Counted from the first letter of the stretch, positions 1 through 13,455 are shown. The stretch is 64,000 nt of DNA from Eledone cirrhosa (GCA_964016885.1 CAXHJY010001640.1:20001-84000), one strand, 5' to 3'. Notes: generated from the letters alone by a model not told the origin. Numbers and translations are program-made.

Positions 1-68
<68 letters not shown>
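1..68. repeat. (AT)n/(GT)n microsatellite
   Basis: Direct dinucleotide runs. Confidence 0.95.
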
Positions 69-70
<2 letters not shown>

Positions 71-162
71 AAAGACTGGGAAGACCATAAATCAGGTTGG
101 GTTACATCAATACTTGTGAAACTTAAACTGAATCGCCTAGGCTCACCGTTGGGCTCCACTGC

Positions 163-870
<708 letters not shown>

Positions 871-871
871 C

Positions 872-3560
872 CTTATTATACAGCTGTCATCCTTCATACA
901 CATCACATGTCCATACCAACGCAATCTCCTCTTCTGCATGCAACAACTGATCCCCCTTAAGCCTAAATTCTCACGCAGTGTTTTTATACTTTGCCGTTCA
1001 TGTATATTGTTATGGCACATCCAGCGAAGCATGGAGGTTTCATTTCTTTCCAATCTTTGCCGGTCCTCCGCACACAGTGCCCAGGTCTCGTTGCTGTGCA
1101 ACCTTGTTGTTCGTATACATACATTATACAGTCTGTCTTTCATTTTGAGAAAAAAAAACTTTTGTAGTTATTAACGGTAGTAGCTCCCTAAATTTTCTCC
1201 AACCCGATCTCATTCTGGTTACTGTGCTTTCTGAACACCCTCCTTCACTACTGATTTGGTCACCCAGGTAACGGAAACTATCTACCACTTCAACCGAGCC
1301 CTCTGAGCATTTGAAGGTGGTTGTATCCTGAGGGTTCTTGCTATTTACTGCTCCTGTGCACCTGCCACAAGTAAAACCTACAATCTTTGTTAGCCTGTCT
1401 GAGATCCCACTACATTTCTTGTGTACCTATTGCTTGCATTTGGTACATAGAATGGAATTTCTACAACTCCTTTTCTGCACACTGAGCAGGGTCATTTCCC
1501 AGAGGCGATATGTGTCCTTTTATCCTTACTACTTACTAGGACTTTAGTCTTTGCCAGGTTGATTTTAAGACCTTTCAATTCTAGGCCTTGCTTCCAGGTT
1601 TGGAATTTCATCTCTAGTTCAGCTATAAGGGTTAGGTCATCAGCATACAGAAGTTCCCATGAGTAGCCGGTCTTAAACTCCTCCATTATTGCCTGCAGAA
1701 TGATGATAAACAGAAGAGGGTTAAGAATAGAGCCCTGATGGACACCAACCTGTACGCTAAATTCTTCATTATAATCATTGTTAATTCTAACCTCACTGGT
1801 TGTTCTATACATTGCTTGAATTGCCTTCACGAGCCATTCATCAACTCCTAGTTTCCTAAGAGCCAACCAGATAATGGAACAGGGGACTCTGTCAAAAGCT
1901 TTCTCAAGATCGACAAAAGCCAGGTAGAAGGGCTTACTCTTAGCTAGGTACTTCTCCGGCAGTTGTCTTCCAAGGAAGAGGGCTTCTGTAGTACTCTTAC
2001 TTGGGACAAATCCAAACTGCATCTCATCTATGTTAACACGTTTTCTAATCAGCTGAGCTAAGACTCTTTCAGTGACCTTCATAACCTGATCAATCAACTT
2101 AATGCCTCTATAGTTTTCTCTATCTAGGGCATCTCCTTTGCCTTTATAACAGTTTACGAGGATGCTGCTACACCAGTCATTGGGTATGACACCATTTTGT
2201 AGGACTTGGTTTACAATGCGAGAGACTATGGTGTGGCCCACTATACCTGAAGTTTTCAGCATCTCAGTAATTATCCCTGAGAGGCCAGCTGCCCTGCCTG
2301 ACTTCATATCCTTGATAGCTTTACTTACTATACTACCGCTAACTTGTACAGCTGGTCCCTCTGTTAGGTCGACATGTGACTGACTGTCTTTATCCCATGC
2401 ATTCTCCTCATTCAGTAATCTTTCATAGTGGCACTTACATGCTACCTTTTTTTCAGCGTCAGTGAGGGCAAGTTCGCCAAAGTCATTTCTGACACACTTC
2501 TCTCCACTGACATCACAATTTTCCCTGACACACTGTCTTTGATCCTCACGCTGCAAAACATGCTTAAATGTTTCGTTTTCTGCTTCCCTTCTAGCGAGGT
2601 AAACTTGTCACCTAGCTTCTCTCCTAACCTTCTGGTAAACTTCTCTGCTACCCCCATTACGCCAATCTATCCAAGCCTGTCTTTTGGCCTTAATTTTCTC
2701 ATCTACTTTACTATTCCACCACCAAGTCACCCTCCGTCTCCCAAGAGACCTACTCCAGCCACAGATTTCATCTGTCGCCTTCAGTAGGTTATCTTTCAGG
2801 AACTCTCACTGCTCCTCTATATTGTAAGTCTCTATTTACTCTTCCTTGCTGTCGAAGGCGTCGGTCAACATACTTCTAAATTTGTCACTGTTTGATGGGT
2901 CTTTTAACTTTCATACTCATCTCCTCCAGGTAGGCTTCTGTTGTCGAGTTATTCTAGCCCTGAATGTAAGGTTGCTAACTACTAGTTTATGTTGGGAGGT
3001 GCATTCTTCACTGGGGATGGACTTTGTGTTCCTAACAATCACCCTGTCTCGTCTTCTAGTAACAATGAAATCAATTTGACTTGCGTGGTCACCTGATCTA
3101 TATGTGATTAGGTGGCTGTCTCGTTTTCTGAAGTTCGTGTTACGGATAGATAGGTCATTGGTGTCACAGAATTCCAGTAGTCTGAAGCCTTCCCCGTTTC
3201 TAGGACCGCACGCGTAACCCCCTTGGATCCCCTCAAAGCCATCGGAGATTTGTCCCACATGTCCGTTGAAGTCACCTGCAATGAGTAGGAAGTCGTTGTC
3301 GTTAATTTGGGAGGTAGTGAGCATTAGGGACTCAAAACCTGTCTTTTTTTTATGTCTGGAAGTCCAGACTGAGGAGCGTAGGCAGATATTGTCATGATTG
3401 TTCTGTTTAGTACAAGTCAAAGTTTTATTATTCTGTCATTTACTCTATTTACAGCAATAACTTTGTTTACCCACTTTTCTGCTACCCAAATCCCTACTCC
3501 ACCTAGCCCATCATCATTTCCCACCCAGAAAAATTTGTAGCAACGTTTTTTACCTACGAG
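872..3560 (-). mobile_element. Degenerate RTE-clade LINE (APE endonuclease, RT, Cys/His finger), truncated at both ends
   Basis: APE motifs AGDFNGHVG, SQIDFIV, SQHKLVV (2917-3420); RT motifs QFGF, FVDLEKAFD, GVHQGS, LLYADD (1492-2556); C-terminal RRLRWYGHV; stops and frameshifts. Confidence 0.92.
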
Positions 3561-3799
3561 TGCCAAGTCTGAAGTTATGGAGTTCGGGGAGAGGGGTAGA
3601 TGGGAGCTTGGTAGAGGGTGGGTGGGTCGATGATGGTTTTCCATTGCTGAAATAAAGAAGAGCGATTGCATGATCGTCTAGAGGTGGTTGGTGGGTTCAT
3701 ATTTGTTGATTAGTAATGCTACAACTTAGTAATCCATAAGCCATTCAGAAGCAAACATCAGAAACGATCCCATGCTATGTGAGTTAAATTATGTCGTAT

Positions 3800-4012
3800 A
3801 AACTCTTTGGAAGCCCGTAGGATAGACTACTGTACATGTAATTCAAAAGGCCAGCCTTGTCGCATACTGTGACACACTGAATCTCCTTGAGGAATATGTT
3901 AAAGGCACATATGTCTATGGAATACTCAGCCACGTACACAATAATTTTTCGAACAGGCTGTTTCTTTTGATCAAACAACTGGAACAGTAATCGTCGAAAC
4001 CGACGGAAGTCG
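3800..4012 (+). mobile_element. SINE family B, 3' portion
   Basis: Similar to 4180-4447(-), 26120-26400, 27220-27390(-) and 31340-31500 (GGAAGCCCG...GCAGGCTGTT...CAACTGGAAC). Confidence 0.65.
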
Positions 4013-4024
4013 ATTAGTTATGGA

Positions 4025-4110
4025 ACTGAAAAGATGAAAGCAAAGTTGACTTCAGCAGCACTTGAATTCAAAACACAAGGATCTAGAACAAATATCACAA
4101 GACATTCTCC
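4025..4110 (-). mobile_element. Degenerate OR-type SINE fragment
   Basis: Reverse complement resembles GAGTTCAAAT..GCCGAGGTCAACTTTGCCTTTCATC. Confidence 0.45.
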
Positions 4111-4179
4111 GTCGTATATGTGCGTATATTTTTACTTGTAAGCAAAAATATATTGGCGCGCGTGTGTGTGTTTGTTGAA

Positions 4180-4447
4180 TGGACTTCCGTTGGGTTCAAC
4201 GATAAGTGTTCCAGTTAGTCGTTCAAGGCAACAGCCTGCTCATGAAATTAACGTGTGATTGAGTATGCCACAGACACGTGTATCCTTAAGATAATTCTCA
4301 GGAAGATTCCGCTCTCCATTTGAATTACAGGACTGTAGTCCATCTGACGGTCTTCCAAACAGTTTCCGCCTACACAGTTGTATTTAAAATGTAAGGCTAA
4401 CCAAATCCCATGCAGTGGGATCGAACTCCTTAACCATGTGGCCAAGC
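4180..4447 (-). mobile_element. tRNA-derived SINE family B
   Basis: Minus strand has B-box GTTCGATCCC head followed by family B body. Confidence 0.65.
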
Positions 4448-4565
4448 TGCATCCATCATTTGCGTCCATGCAACTACATATGTATATAGACATGTAGATA
4501 TATATGACACATATAAAATCGTATACATAAATGTGCGCGCGTATATGCTTACATGAGTTTGCGAA

Positions 4566-4596
<31 letters not shown>

Positions 4597-4740
4597 AGAG
4601 AGAGAGAGAGAAAGATACTTTACCTGTATGTATAAATGTAGTCAGTAATGGATGTGTATTTGCGTGTATGCACGTACATCAATGTGTAATCATTTATGTA
4701 TTCATATAAAAATATGTCTATCAATTCAAAATATCCATAA

Positions 4741-4741
<1 letters not shown>

Positions 4742-4816
<75 letters not shown>
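4742..4816. repeat. (TG)n microsatellite
   Basis: Direct run. Confidence 0.95.
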
Positions 4817-4818
<2 letters not shown>

Positions 4819-4991
4819 AAGTGATTTGCATAGAAAGGAAATTATTAGTTTGTTCGGAACTGTTAAGTTTATTCTGTTCTGTAAGACAAACATTGCCTAC
4901 CAAGTTCAGATAAACGTTTGAGCAGTCCCTAATCGCTTGCTTTGGCATATTTCTTACCGTCACCATTTTAATCAAATTAAACTGTCATTTC

Positions 4992-5040
4992 TTCAAATAT
5001 ATGTAATTCAAATATATGTAATTCAAATATATGTAATTCA
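4992..5040. repeat. 15 bp tandem repeat TTCAAATATATGTAA x3
   Basis: Three exact adjacent copies. Confidence 0.85.
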
Positions 5041-5678
5041 CGCCAATATATAAACAGTAAAAATAGAAATATATCTCTCACAAACATAAAATGAAAATAT
5101 GATAAACCAGAAATGAACTCATGTCCGTAGCAATAGTATGGTACTTATCTCATCAGCCCTTTTATCTACGATCTACGATATATATTTATGAATAACACAT
5201 CTCTGTGAAGTTTCATTAAAGACAGCGCAATGATATGTAACATAAAATCGAAACAAGGATCAAGTCCGGATAACAGCTTATGTGCAGACGCAAACTCACA
5301 TCATTCCCAGTGTTTATTTTTGCATAATATCGCTTACACAGAGAAGCGCTTGTATATCTATAAAATTCTGTTATTGCTTGCTTGTCTGTAATGTAATACA
5401 GCCAAAGTAGTGCATAATGGGAAAATACTTTGAAAGGAAGTTGCCCCTGTAATGGGAATACAAATGGACTAAAGCAAGTTTCGCATAAATCGGAGCACGG
5501 GTTCCCGAGATACGGGGTTTTTCCGGGTACCTTCATAAATAGAGAGAGAGAAAGATAGAGAGAAAGAGATAGTGGTTGTGACAGAGTAGATTCAAAGAGA
5601 GGCATAGAAAGAGCGAGAGAAGGAGACAGGGAAGGAAAATGGAAGAATGAGAGAGCTGGTGGGTTTGTTGAATGAAAT

Positions 5679-6008
<330 letters not shown>

Positions 6009-6254
6009 TGGGCCTTCCAATTTCATTTTACATTAAATACATGTCTGTGTATATTTTAATTATTTAAAAATTATTTTTAAGTGAACATGATTTTAAAAAA
6101 AATATTTTTAAGGGAACATGATCCAACAGGTCACGGGTGGTCTAGTCTTTATATAACTTTCTGTTCATCGATCTTTGTGTATTCTTACACTTATTGTATC
6201 ATAAGTGGAGTAAAATAAACATACAAATATGCATAGATACCTAGATCGATCCAC

Positions 6255-6600
6255 TAAACTATTGCTGAACCAGTTAGAAATGGCAGCCAAAACCACACTC
6301 TTTTGTCTTAAACAGTCACAAAATTATGTAATCCTAGATATGTTTAAACTGACAGAGTGGTCAGGATGACTTTGATCAAAGACACTCGAGCCACACACAC
6401 ACATGCACACATACGCGCACACATACATGCATAGCTATATACAAAGGTGGATCCTCTACAGGGTCATTGAACCTGGTAGAAATAACAGCCAAATCCCACT
6501 CTATTTTATTAAAGAGACAGTCGTCAATTTAATCCTAGACACATATTTAAAAGACAGAGTGGTCATGGCCCGAATGATTCTGATCAAAGATACTCTAGCC
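6255..6600 (+). mobile_element. Two degenerate copies of dispersed repeat family C
   Basis: TAGAAAT..CAGCCAAA...AATCCTAGA...GACAGAGTGGTCA...TGATCAAAGA occurs twice; similar units at 25680-26900. Confidence 0.55.
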
Positions 6601-6943
6601 CTGTTTGCAAATGGATGGTTAGCCTGTCTTTTATCAAAGTCATTCTAAATAAAAAATCATAATCCATTAGGAGTGTATATACATACAATAAATGGAGAGT
6701 TTGTCTATCGATTACTTTCATATTTAATTGCCACCACAATCTAGGAACCACGACCATCTGCAGTTTCCATCGCTATTTCCATTTACATATATACCATGTG
6801 AATATATTAGAAAATAAACTCTTCAGCATAGTGTGTTCACAATAGTGTGTCTATATATACCCTCCACTCTCAATAAGCGTGAACCTAATACCTTTCGTAA
6901 CTTGTACTCCTGTGTTGTTTTTTACTTTCCCATATATATGCGC

Positions 6944-7081
<138 letters not shown>

Positions 7082-7185
7082 TTTACGAATTATCGAAGCG
7101 GTTCGATGATTTGAAATTTATAAATCCAAACACATAATTGCTACAATGATAATAGCGTTAGAAAATCAGAGTAACAAACATGTTC

Positions 7186-7769
7186 CAGCACGCCATTTTT
7201 CATTCTTATATTTCTTCCCCTCGCTGTGACCTGTCTTTTTCTATTCCCTTACTGCTATCCTCTTTATCTCTCCTCCTTCTCTCTCCTTGTACCTCTTACT
7301 TTCCTTCACCTCCTCTGCTGGCCACCCTCTCTCGGCTGGCCTCTTCCTCACACTTTCCCTCACTCACTCTCTGCTACACACCCTCTCTCACTTCCTCCCG
7401 TCTGACCTGTGTGAAATCCTTTTCTCGCTTACATTTCGCAGGGTTCGGACGCGTCCTTCGTCTTCTCGTCGATGATATGCTAGAACTTAAGTTCACATGT
7501 ATCACTCACTTGTTTTCTCATTTTCCTCTCTTTACGTTGCCTTACCATTTTTGTTTGTTTACATGTCTCTCTTTCTCCACCCAATTCTTTTTATCCCAAT
7601 AACTTATTTTAGTTATTGTTCGCGCTGGCTTGAGGTATCTGGTCTTTAATGCGAAGAAATACCGATGATGGCCAGAAGATCACTGATGACGGATAGTCCT
7701 GGTTTCTTGCTCTATTTTTTAATTCATATGTATCACATTCGCAACAACTCAGCACGCCATTTTTCATTC
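7186..7769 (+). mobile_element. Non-coding ~564 bp repeat unit, copy B, with 20 bp terminal redundancy
   Basis: CAGCACGCCATTTTTCATTC at 7186-7205 and 7750-7769; ends in (TA)n/(AGAT)n; homologous to 305-870. Confidence 0.72.
7625..7699 (+). ncRNA. Putative rearranged (pseudoknotted) hammerhead ribozyme with K-turn, copy B (core intact)
   Basis: CTGGCT/GGCCAG; TGA vs GAT-GA-T; GGTAT/ATACC next to GAAA 7656-7659; ATC triplet ending 7639; TGGTCTT/AAGATCA preceding CTGATGA 7683-7689; GGA-tag-TCC hairpin. Confidence 0.65.
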
Positions 7770-7795
7770 CTATATATATATATATAGATAGATAA

Positions 7796-7870
<75 letters not shown>

Positions 7871-7929
7871 TGGGAGGGGGTGTATGTGTCTGTGATATAT
7901 ATATACATATATATATTTAATATACAAAT

Positions 7930-7981
7930 GGCTTCTACAGGACTAGAACTGTTTCATTCGAAGGAAGTCATCAGGAAAGCC
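7930..7981 (-). ncRNA. Type I hammerhead ribozyme (family of 19562-19612)
   Basis: Minus: GGCTTTC-CTGATGA-cTTCcttcGAAt-GAAACAG-ttctagtc-CTGTA-GAAGCC. Confidence 0.65.
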
Positions 7982-8050
7982 GAAATATTTATACTCTGCT
8001 ATGTATTGAGTACCTTACTTACTGTGTTTACCTCTGAGTGAACCCGGGAT

Positions 8051-8093
<43 letters not shown>

Positions 8094-8094
<1 letters not shown>

Positions 8095-9720
8095 TAATAA
8101 ATGGAAACTATATTTATAAAACCATATTTATTCTATTATATATGTTTCAAGAGTACCAAAACTTTGGTACGCTCTCATCAGATAAAATACAAAGTTTGTT
8201 TTATAAATATTGACATAACAAGGAAGAAGATCTTAACGGTTCAAGTTTTTCCTCGATAGGAAAGAAGGGAAAGAGAAGAAAAATCAAATATTTCAAATTA
8301 TTAAGATGAATATGCAAATGAGGTTGAGGTATAGGGCTGGAAAAAACGTTATTTTTAGACGCTAGGTAGATTTAAATAATTATTAGGATATATGCATGTA
8401 TGTGTAGGAAGAAGAAAGAGAAAGAAAGAAAAGCTTGTATTTACGTGAATTTAAAAAGAATTAACAGTTTGTAGGAATGGTGGAATATGATTCCAGAATT
8501 TAAAAAAATATTTAGCTATATTAAGTTATAATATTGTATATATAATCAATTAGATTATATGAAAAATTATGGTTGTAAGTACATTTTATCTTATTATATT
8601 ACAAAAGGTTGTAAGTATATAAATATCTATATAGATTAATAATTGTGCAAGTATAAGTATTATTGGTGATTTTATAGAAATAAAACACACGTATTAATTG
8701 TTTACATTTCCAATATGAGTTATGAAGGATGTTGATTTTACATTTTACATAAATATTTAAGAAAAAGACGTAGTTCAAATTGTAAGAGGAGAACAATTTG
8801 TAGATTCAAATATTTTCATCCAACATTGAAAATGTTTTCAGAACATTGTTAATTTAGCGAAATTATATAATTTATCATACAAGTTATCATGTCTATGTTT
8901 GCTTCATTGTAAAGGAAAAGATAACTCCAATATTATTTGCTAATCATTAAATTTGATGAATGATTTTCTTAGAAAGTATGTAGAGAAAATTATATATTAT
9001 TTTGTGTGAGATTATAAGGTATTTTATATTATATGTTTTTCAAGGATGAGAATTTCAATTACATATTATCTACGTCAAAAGATATGTGAAAAGTTTGAAG
9101 ATTAAAGAGAGGAAAAATGTATTATTAGATAAGTCAAAGGTGCATTTAGAAGAACTATCGTAAAGAGGATATCTTTCAGAAAGTCAATTAAAGAGTATCA
9201 ATCTAAATCTAAAAAATAGATTAAGAAGAGCATCATTTGGAAAAGAATATCAAATGGTAAAAATACTAAATTTAAGAATGAAGATCATTTAAAAAATTTA
9301 AATTTTTTAGAGAAAAACTCAGTAAATAATAGGATCATTTTAAAGATGTAGTCAAGAGTAATAAATATCATAGATTAAAAATACTTCGGAAAGTAGATTT
9401 TTTGACGATGTCTGCAAGAAGTAAATAATTCTGTTTTTAAATTAATAGAGTTTTGACAGTTAATTATATAAAAAAAATTTCCTTGATACACAAATGACAG
9501 ATTCTTGAGAAAGCCATATTTCGGTATGCAGGTGCTTCGAAATCGTTCCCCAAGATATTGAATAGTCTATATCCTTTAAATTTCAAATTAGATGTGAAAG
9601 TGAAGTGGAAGATTTTTTATCGGACTTATTAAATGTATGTTTGTGGTTGTACCAGCGTTCTTTGAATTTTGTAGAAGTGGCACCTATATAGGCTGACCAA
9701 GATACTTTCATGGACTGAAC
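8094..9720 (-). mobile_element. Degenerate AT-rich Penelope-like element 3' part (GIY-YIG C-terminus, 3'UTR, hammerhead)
   Basis: Minus 9380-9700 reads AYIGATSTKFKERWYNHKHTF...SLSHLI*NLK...RICHLCIKE...LKTELFTSCRHRQK; ends at (AT)n. Confidence 0.75.
8129..8189 (-). ncRNA. Minimal type I hammerhead (PLE terminus; stem III mismatch)
   Basis: Minus: TATTTTAT-CTGATGA-gagcgtaccaaagttttggtactctt-GAAAC-atatATA-ATAGAATA. Confidence 0.6.
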
Positions 9721-9854
9721 AAATGACGTTTATTTTTTTGGTAAAAAGCAATGCAGTTATTAAGAGTTGAAATTAATGCATGCAAGATTTCACTGCTCTA
9801 ACATCAGTCCTATAAACCCTTCAGCCGATCCTCGTACATATATTATTCCCATAC

Positions 9855-10016
9855 ACCCGCCTACACTTCATCAATAACCTCCTCAATCACCCACTTACAC
9901 CTCATCGATAATCTCCCCAATCACCCACCTACACTTCATCGATAACCTCCCCAATCACCCCCTTACACTTCATCGATAATCTCCCAATCACCCCCTTACA
10001 CTTCATCGATAACCTC
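9855..10016. repeat. 34 bp minisatellite, ~4.5 copies
   Basis: TACACTTCATCGATAACCTCCCCAATCACCCACT-like unit at 9862, 9896, 9930, 9964, 9997. Confidence 0.85.
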
Positions 10017-10192
10017 AGTAGATTTCTTTCCATAACGTTCCTTCCTTCCTTCAGTGATCTCGGATCTTTTCACAGCCATCTCTCTGCATTTATCACAAAA
10101 TAGTGTTAGATGGACTGTACCTGCATGCCTCTCCACAGTTTCTTCAGAACATTCTGTGTGGTCACTCTAATTTAAGGAACATATTTCAGGTT

Positions 10193-10700
10193 TTCTTCTT
10201 CTTCTTCTTCTTCTTCTTCTTCTTCTTCTTCTTCTTCTTCTTCTTCTTCTTCTTCTTCTTCTTCTTCTTCTTCTTCGTCGTCCACTTATTCCTGAGAGGG
10301 TCATGGGGGCAGAGTCCTCAAACACTCCTTCCAGCGGGTCCTGTCTGAAGCAACCGTCTCCAACTGATCCAGTTGGATCCCTAAGCAAGACCAGCCAAGC
10401 TCATGGATGTTATCTAACCATCTTGCCAGGGATGGCAGGAGATCCAGGGGGTAGACTCGGAGCAAGATGGTTGGATAACATCCATGAGTTCGGTTGGTCT
10501 CGCCTGGGGATCGAGATGGACCAGTTGGAGGCGGTTGCTTCTGACAGGACCCGCTGGAAGGAGTGTTTGAGGATTCTGCCCTCACAACCCTCACAGGAAT
10601 AAGAGGACAAAGAAGAAGAGACATGCTAACCACATGCCCATAGTATCGGAGCTGTGATCTCTCAATTTGGAGAACTAGTCGCTCAACCTGGACACTCCAG
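10193..10700 (-). mobile_element. RTE LINE 3' end with (GAA)n tail, interrupted by an antisense copy of the same family
   Basis: Minus: IERSQLRYYGHVVSMS (10620-10700) ... RWLDNIHELGWS...DRTRWKECLRTLPP, then (GAA)n at 10193-10276. Confidence 0.8.
10432..10618 (+). mobile_element. RTE LINE 3' end, sense copy
   Basis: GRLGARWLDNIHEFGWSRLGIEMDQLEAVASDRTRWKECLRILPSQPSQE* plus GAA-rich tail. Confidence 0.8.
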
Positions 10701-11654
10701 GTCTATATTTTTTTAATCTGAGGGTGCACCATGGAAAAGTACCTATAATTCAAAAGGCCAGACATGTTACACTGAATCTCATTGAAAATTACTTTGAGGG
10801 TACACATGTTTGTGAATTGCTCAGAGCTACTTTCATATTAATCTCAAGAGTTTGCTCTTCCGTTGATCAAAGAACTAAAACACTCAACGTTGAAATTTAC
10901 GGAGGCCCATTCCTTTCCATTCTATTTCTCACAAATGTACGTGCTCAATCACTCATCCAACCACGCAATCACTTAGATTGTCTCTCTCTCTCTCTCTCTC
11001 TCTCCCTCTCTCTCTCTTTCCCTCTTTCCATTGTAATCCTTCCTCTCTCTTCCTCGTTCTCTAACGAAACGTGGAGTTAAAAAATCTCGTTCTGTTTTAT
11101 GTCTGTTAGTGGTAATTTACAGCTTCCACAACAATTTCTGGTGATGGTGGTGCAATAATGGTAATAGTAATGATGATTGTAATTATTATGGTGGTGGCGA
11201 TTTCAGTAGCCTCGGTAACTGAGCTGTCTCTCCACCACCGCCAACAATAACAACAACTACTACAACCACCACTACTTTTGCAATCAGCATCCCCGCCATC
11301 ACCCACCTGTAGCCACAGCCAAAAAAAGCACGACTCCAGTGACTCTTATACATTCATTGCCAAAGCCACCACCACCGACACCACTTCAAATACCATTACT
11401 AGAACTACCACTAATACAGTCACACTTCCACCACCACTTACATTACGACTACTATTACTATCACTGCTGCTTCTGGTATTAATGAATGGCATGTTCAAAA
11501 ACAGTAAATTTCGTCAGAGAATGATGTAAATCCGGTCGAAGCAAGGAATTTTACAGGAAGTAATAAGGAATCTAATAAAGTTTAGTCAGACTGACATTGA
11601 GAGAAAGGGTTAGGAGAGGGGGCAGATAGAGGGGGTAGAGAGAGGGAGAGAAAG

Positions 11655-11655
11655 G

Positions 11656-11744
<89 letters not shown>
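11655..11744. repeat. (AGAT)n/(AG)n microsatellite
   Basis: Direct run. Confidence 0.95.
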
Positions 11745-11748
<4 letters not shown>

Positions 11749-11882
11749 ATAAAGTAGACATGTAGATATGACAATGACGAGAAAAGAATCGAACTTAAAA
11801 ACTAAATCTCTATCATTAAAAAAATATCTGTTGATATTGGAGAGTGAGGACTGTAAATTAGGGGATCCGACAGACAATGTTA

Positions 11883-12015
11883 AGGTGGAGAATTGGTAGG
11901 GTCGTTAGAGCGAAGGATTAAAAATGCTTCAGTACTTGTTCCGGCACATAAGGAGGCTTTGAGTTCAAATCTAGCCGAGTTCAACATTAACTTCCAAGGT
12001 CGGTAAATAAGGTTC
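11883..12015 (+). mobile_element. Degenerate OR-type SINE
   Basis: TTGGTAGGGTCGTTAGAGCG...GAGTTCAAATCTAGCCGAG...GGTCGGTAAATAAGG. Confidence 0.5.
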
Positions 12016-12104
12016 TCTTTTTTCTCTCCTTTCTCTGACTTTCTTTCGACTGTGTTTCGACATAGAAAGGGAAAGGCTACGCCAGGTTTAAATACCCAAG
12101 ATAT

Positions 12105-12540
12105 GTATACCAGTTGTGTTATATGGTCTTGACTGTGTTGATTGGACGACAAGGTCACTTCAGAAGCTCTCTACATTCCAGAACCACATCATGAGACTTA
12201 TGACTGGCAAGCAGCTCAACAACAGTATCTGTATCAGTGAGCTGCTCAACATCACCAGGCTTAGACCAATAACATCAATTGTTAAGTCAAGAGTACTCAA
12301 ACTATACAGTCATATAAAAAGATCAACTCGTGGTGTGAGTAGGTTATGCCTGGAAGGAGTTTTGGCTGGTAAGAGAAGCAGAGGCCGGCAGCCAAAACGA
12401 AGGCTTGATAATGTCAACCTATGGACTGGACTTGATATCTGCTCTTTAAACTCTGCTGTTGGTGTTCGAACTTCGTGGAGAAAAATATCTCAAGCTGATG
12501 CGTAGTCTGCAACTGGCGGAGTTTAACGTCAAGGTAGGTA
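12105..12540 (+). mobile_element. RTE LINE 3' fragment (third RTE family)
   Basis: LYGLDC...LKLYSHIKR...LEGVLAGKRSRGRQPKRRLDNV. Confidence 0.75.
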
Positions 12541-13171
12541 TCATTTAGTTTAATACTACGTAACAGCCCAAATTACAAAAATGAAAATGCCTTGTTCCTT
12601 GACAGTCTGCGGTATTTCTCGCTTAAATTGGAATCTTATAATGAATCATCTCACTACTTTATTAATGCGCACGAAAGAAAACAAACAAACAGACTTGGTT
12701 TGCTTTTACGTTCAGGAGTGTTTGCTCTTGATACATTGTACCACTTGTGCAGCGATTTTGTAAATACTTTAAAAGCGCAGTCACCGTTTCGGTGGCCTAT
12801 TGAGAGGTATTAGAGACAGTGGAGATTCTGGTTTTGGGTTCAATCTCGGTATTTACACTAAGAATGTCTTACTTTTTTTTTTTTGTCTTTTCCTTTACTT
12901 TCCTATACAGCCACGTCTGCTCTTCTTTACTCTTTCCCCCTTTGTTTTCATTATTTGTATAATTAATCAGGAAAACTTAATAGTTTAATATATATATATA
13001 TAATTCAATACTTTTGTTAATCATGTCATGTCACTTACGTATAAAGCAATATTATTAGATACCAAACTAAAGATGATGGAAAAAGAGGAAGAAGGAGAAA
13101 AGATAAATGTTATTACGAAATCATTAGAAATTGCATCGTCGATTTAAAAATCATAATGAATCAATAAACGT

Positions 13172-13455
13172 TCTCTCTTCTTCTTTTTCTTCGCCCACTT
13201 ATTCCTGAGAGGGTCGTGGAGGCAGAGTCCTCAAACACTCCTTCCAATGGTCTTGTTAGAAGCAGTCATCTCCAACTGATCCAGCTGGATCTCCAAGCGG
13301 GACCAGCCAAGCTCATGGATGTTATCCAACCATCTTGATTGGGGTCTACTCCTAGGTTTCTTGCCAGTTGGTTTTGCTCGTAAAATCCGTCCAGCGATTT
13401 TTTCCTGAGACATTCTAACCGCATGCCCATTGTTTCGGAGATTGTTCAGCTCAAA
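13172..13455 (-). mobile_element. RTE LINE 3' end (family of 10193-10700)
   Basis: GKKPRSRPQSRWLDNIHELGWSRLEIQLDQLE; GAA-rich tail. Confidence 0.8.

Noticed and set aside
7640-7665. Twister ribozyme (TTAATGC)
   Set aside because: Other conserved twister strands and pseudoknots are absent
12717-12806. Possible extra exon (CAG|GAGTG...GAG|GTATTA)
   Set aside because: No GH18 similarity in translation and a weak donor
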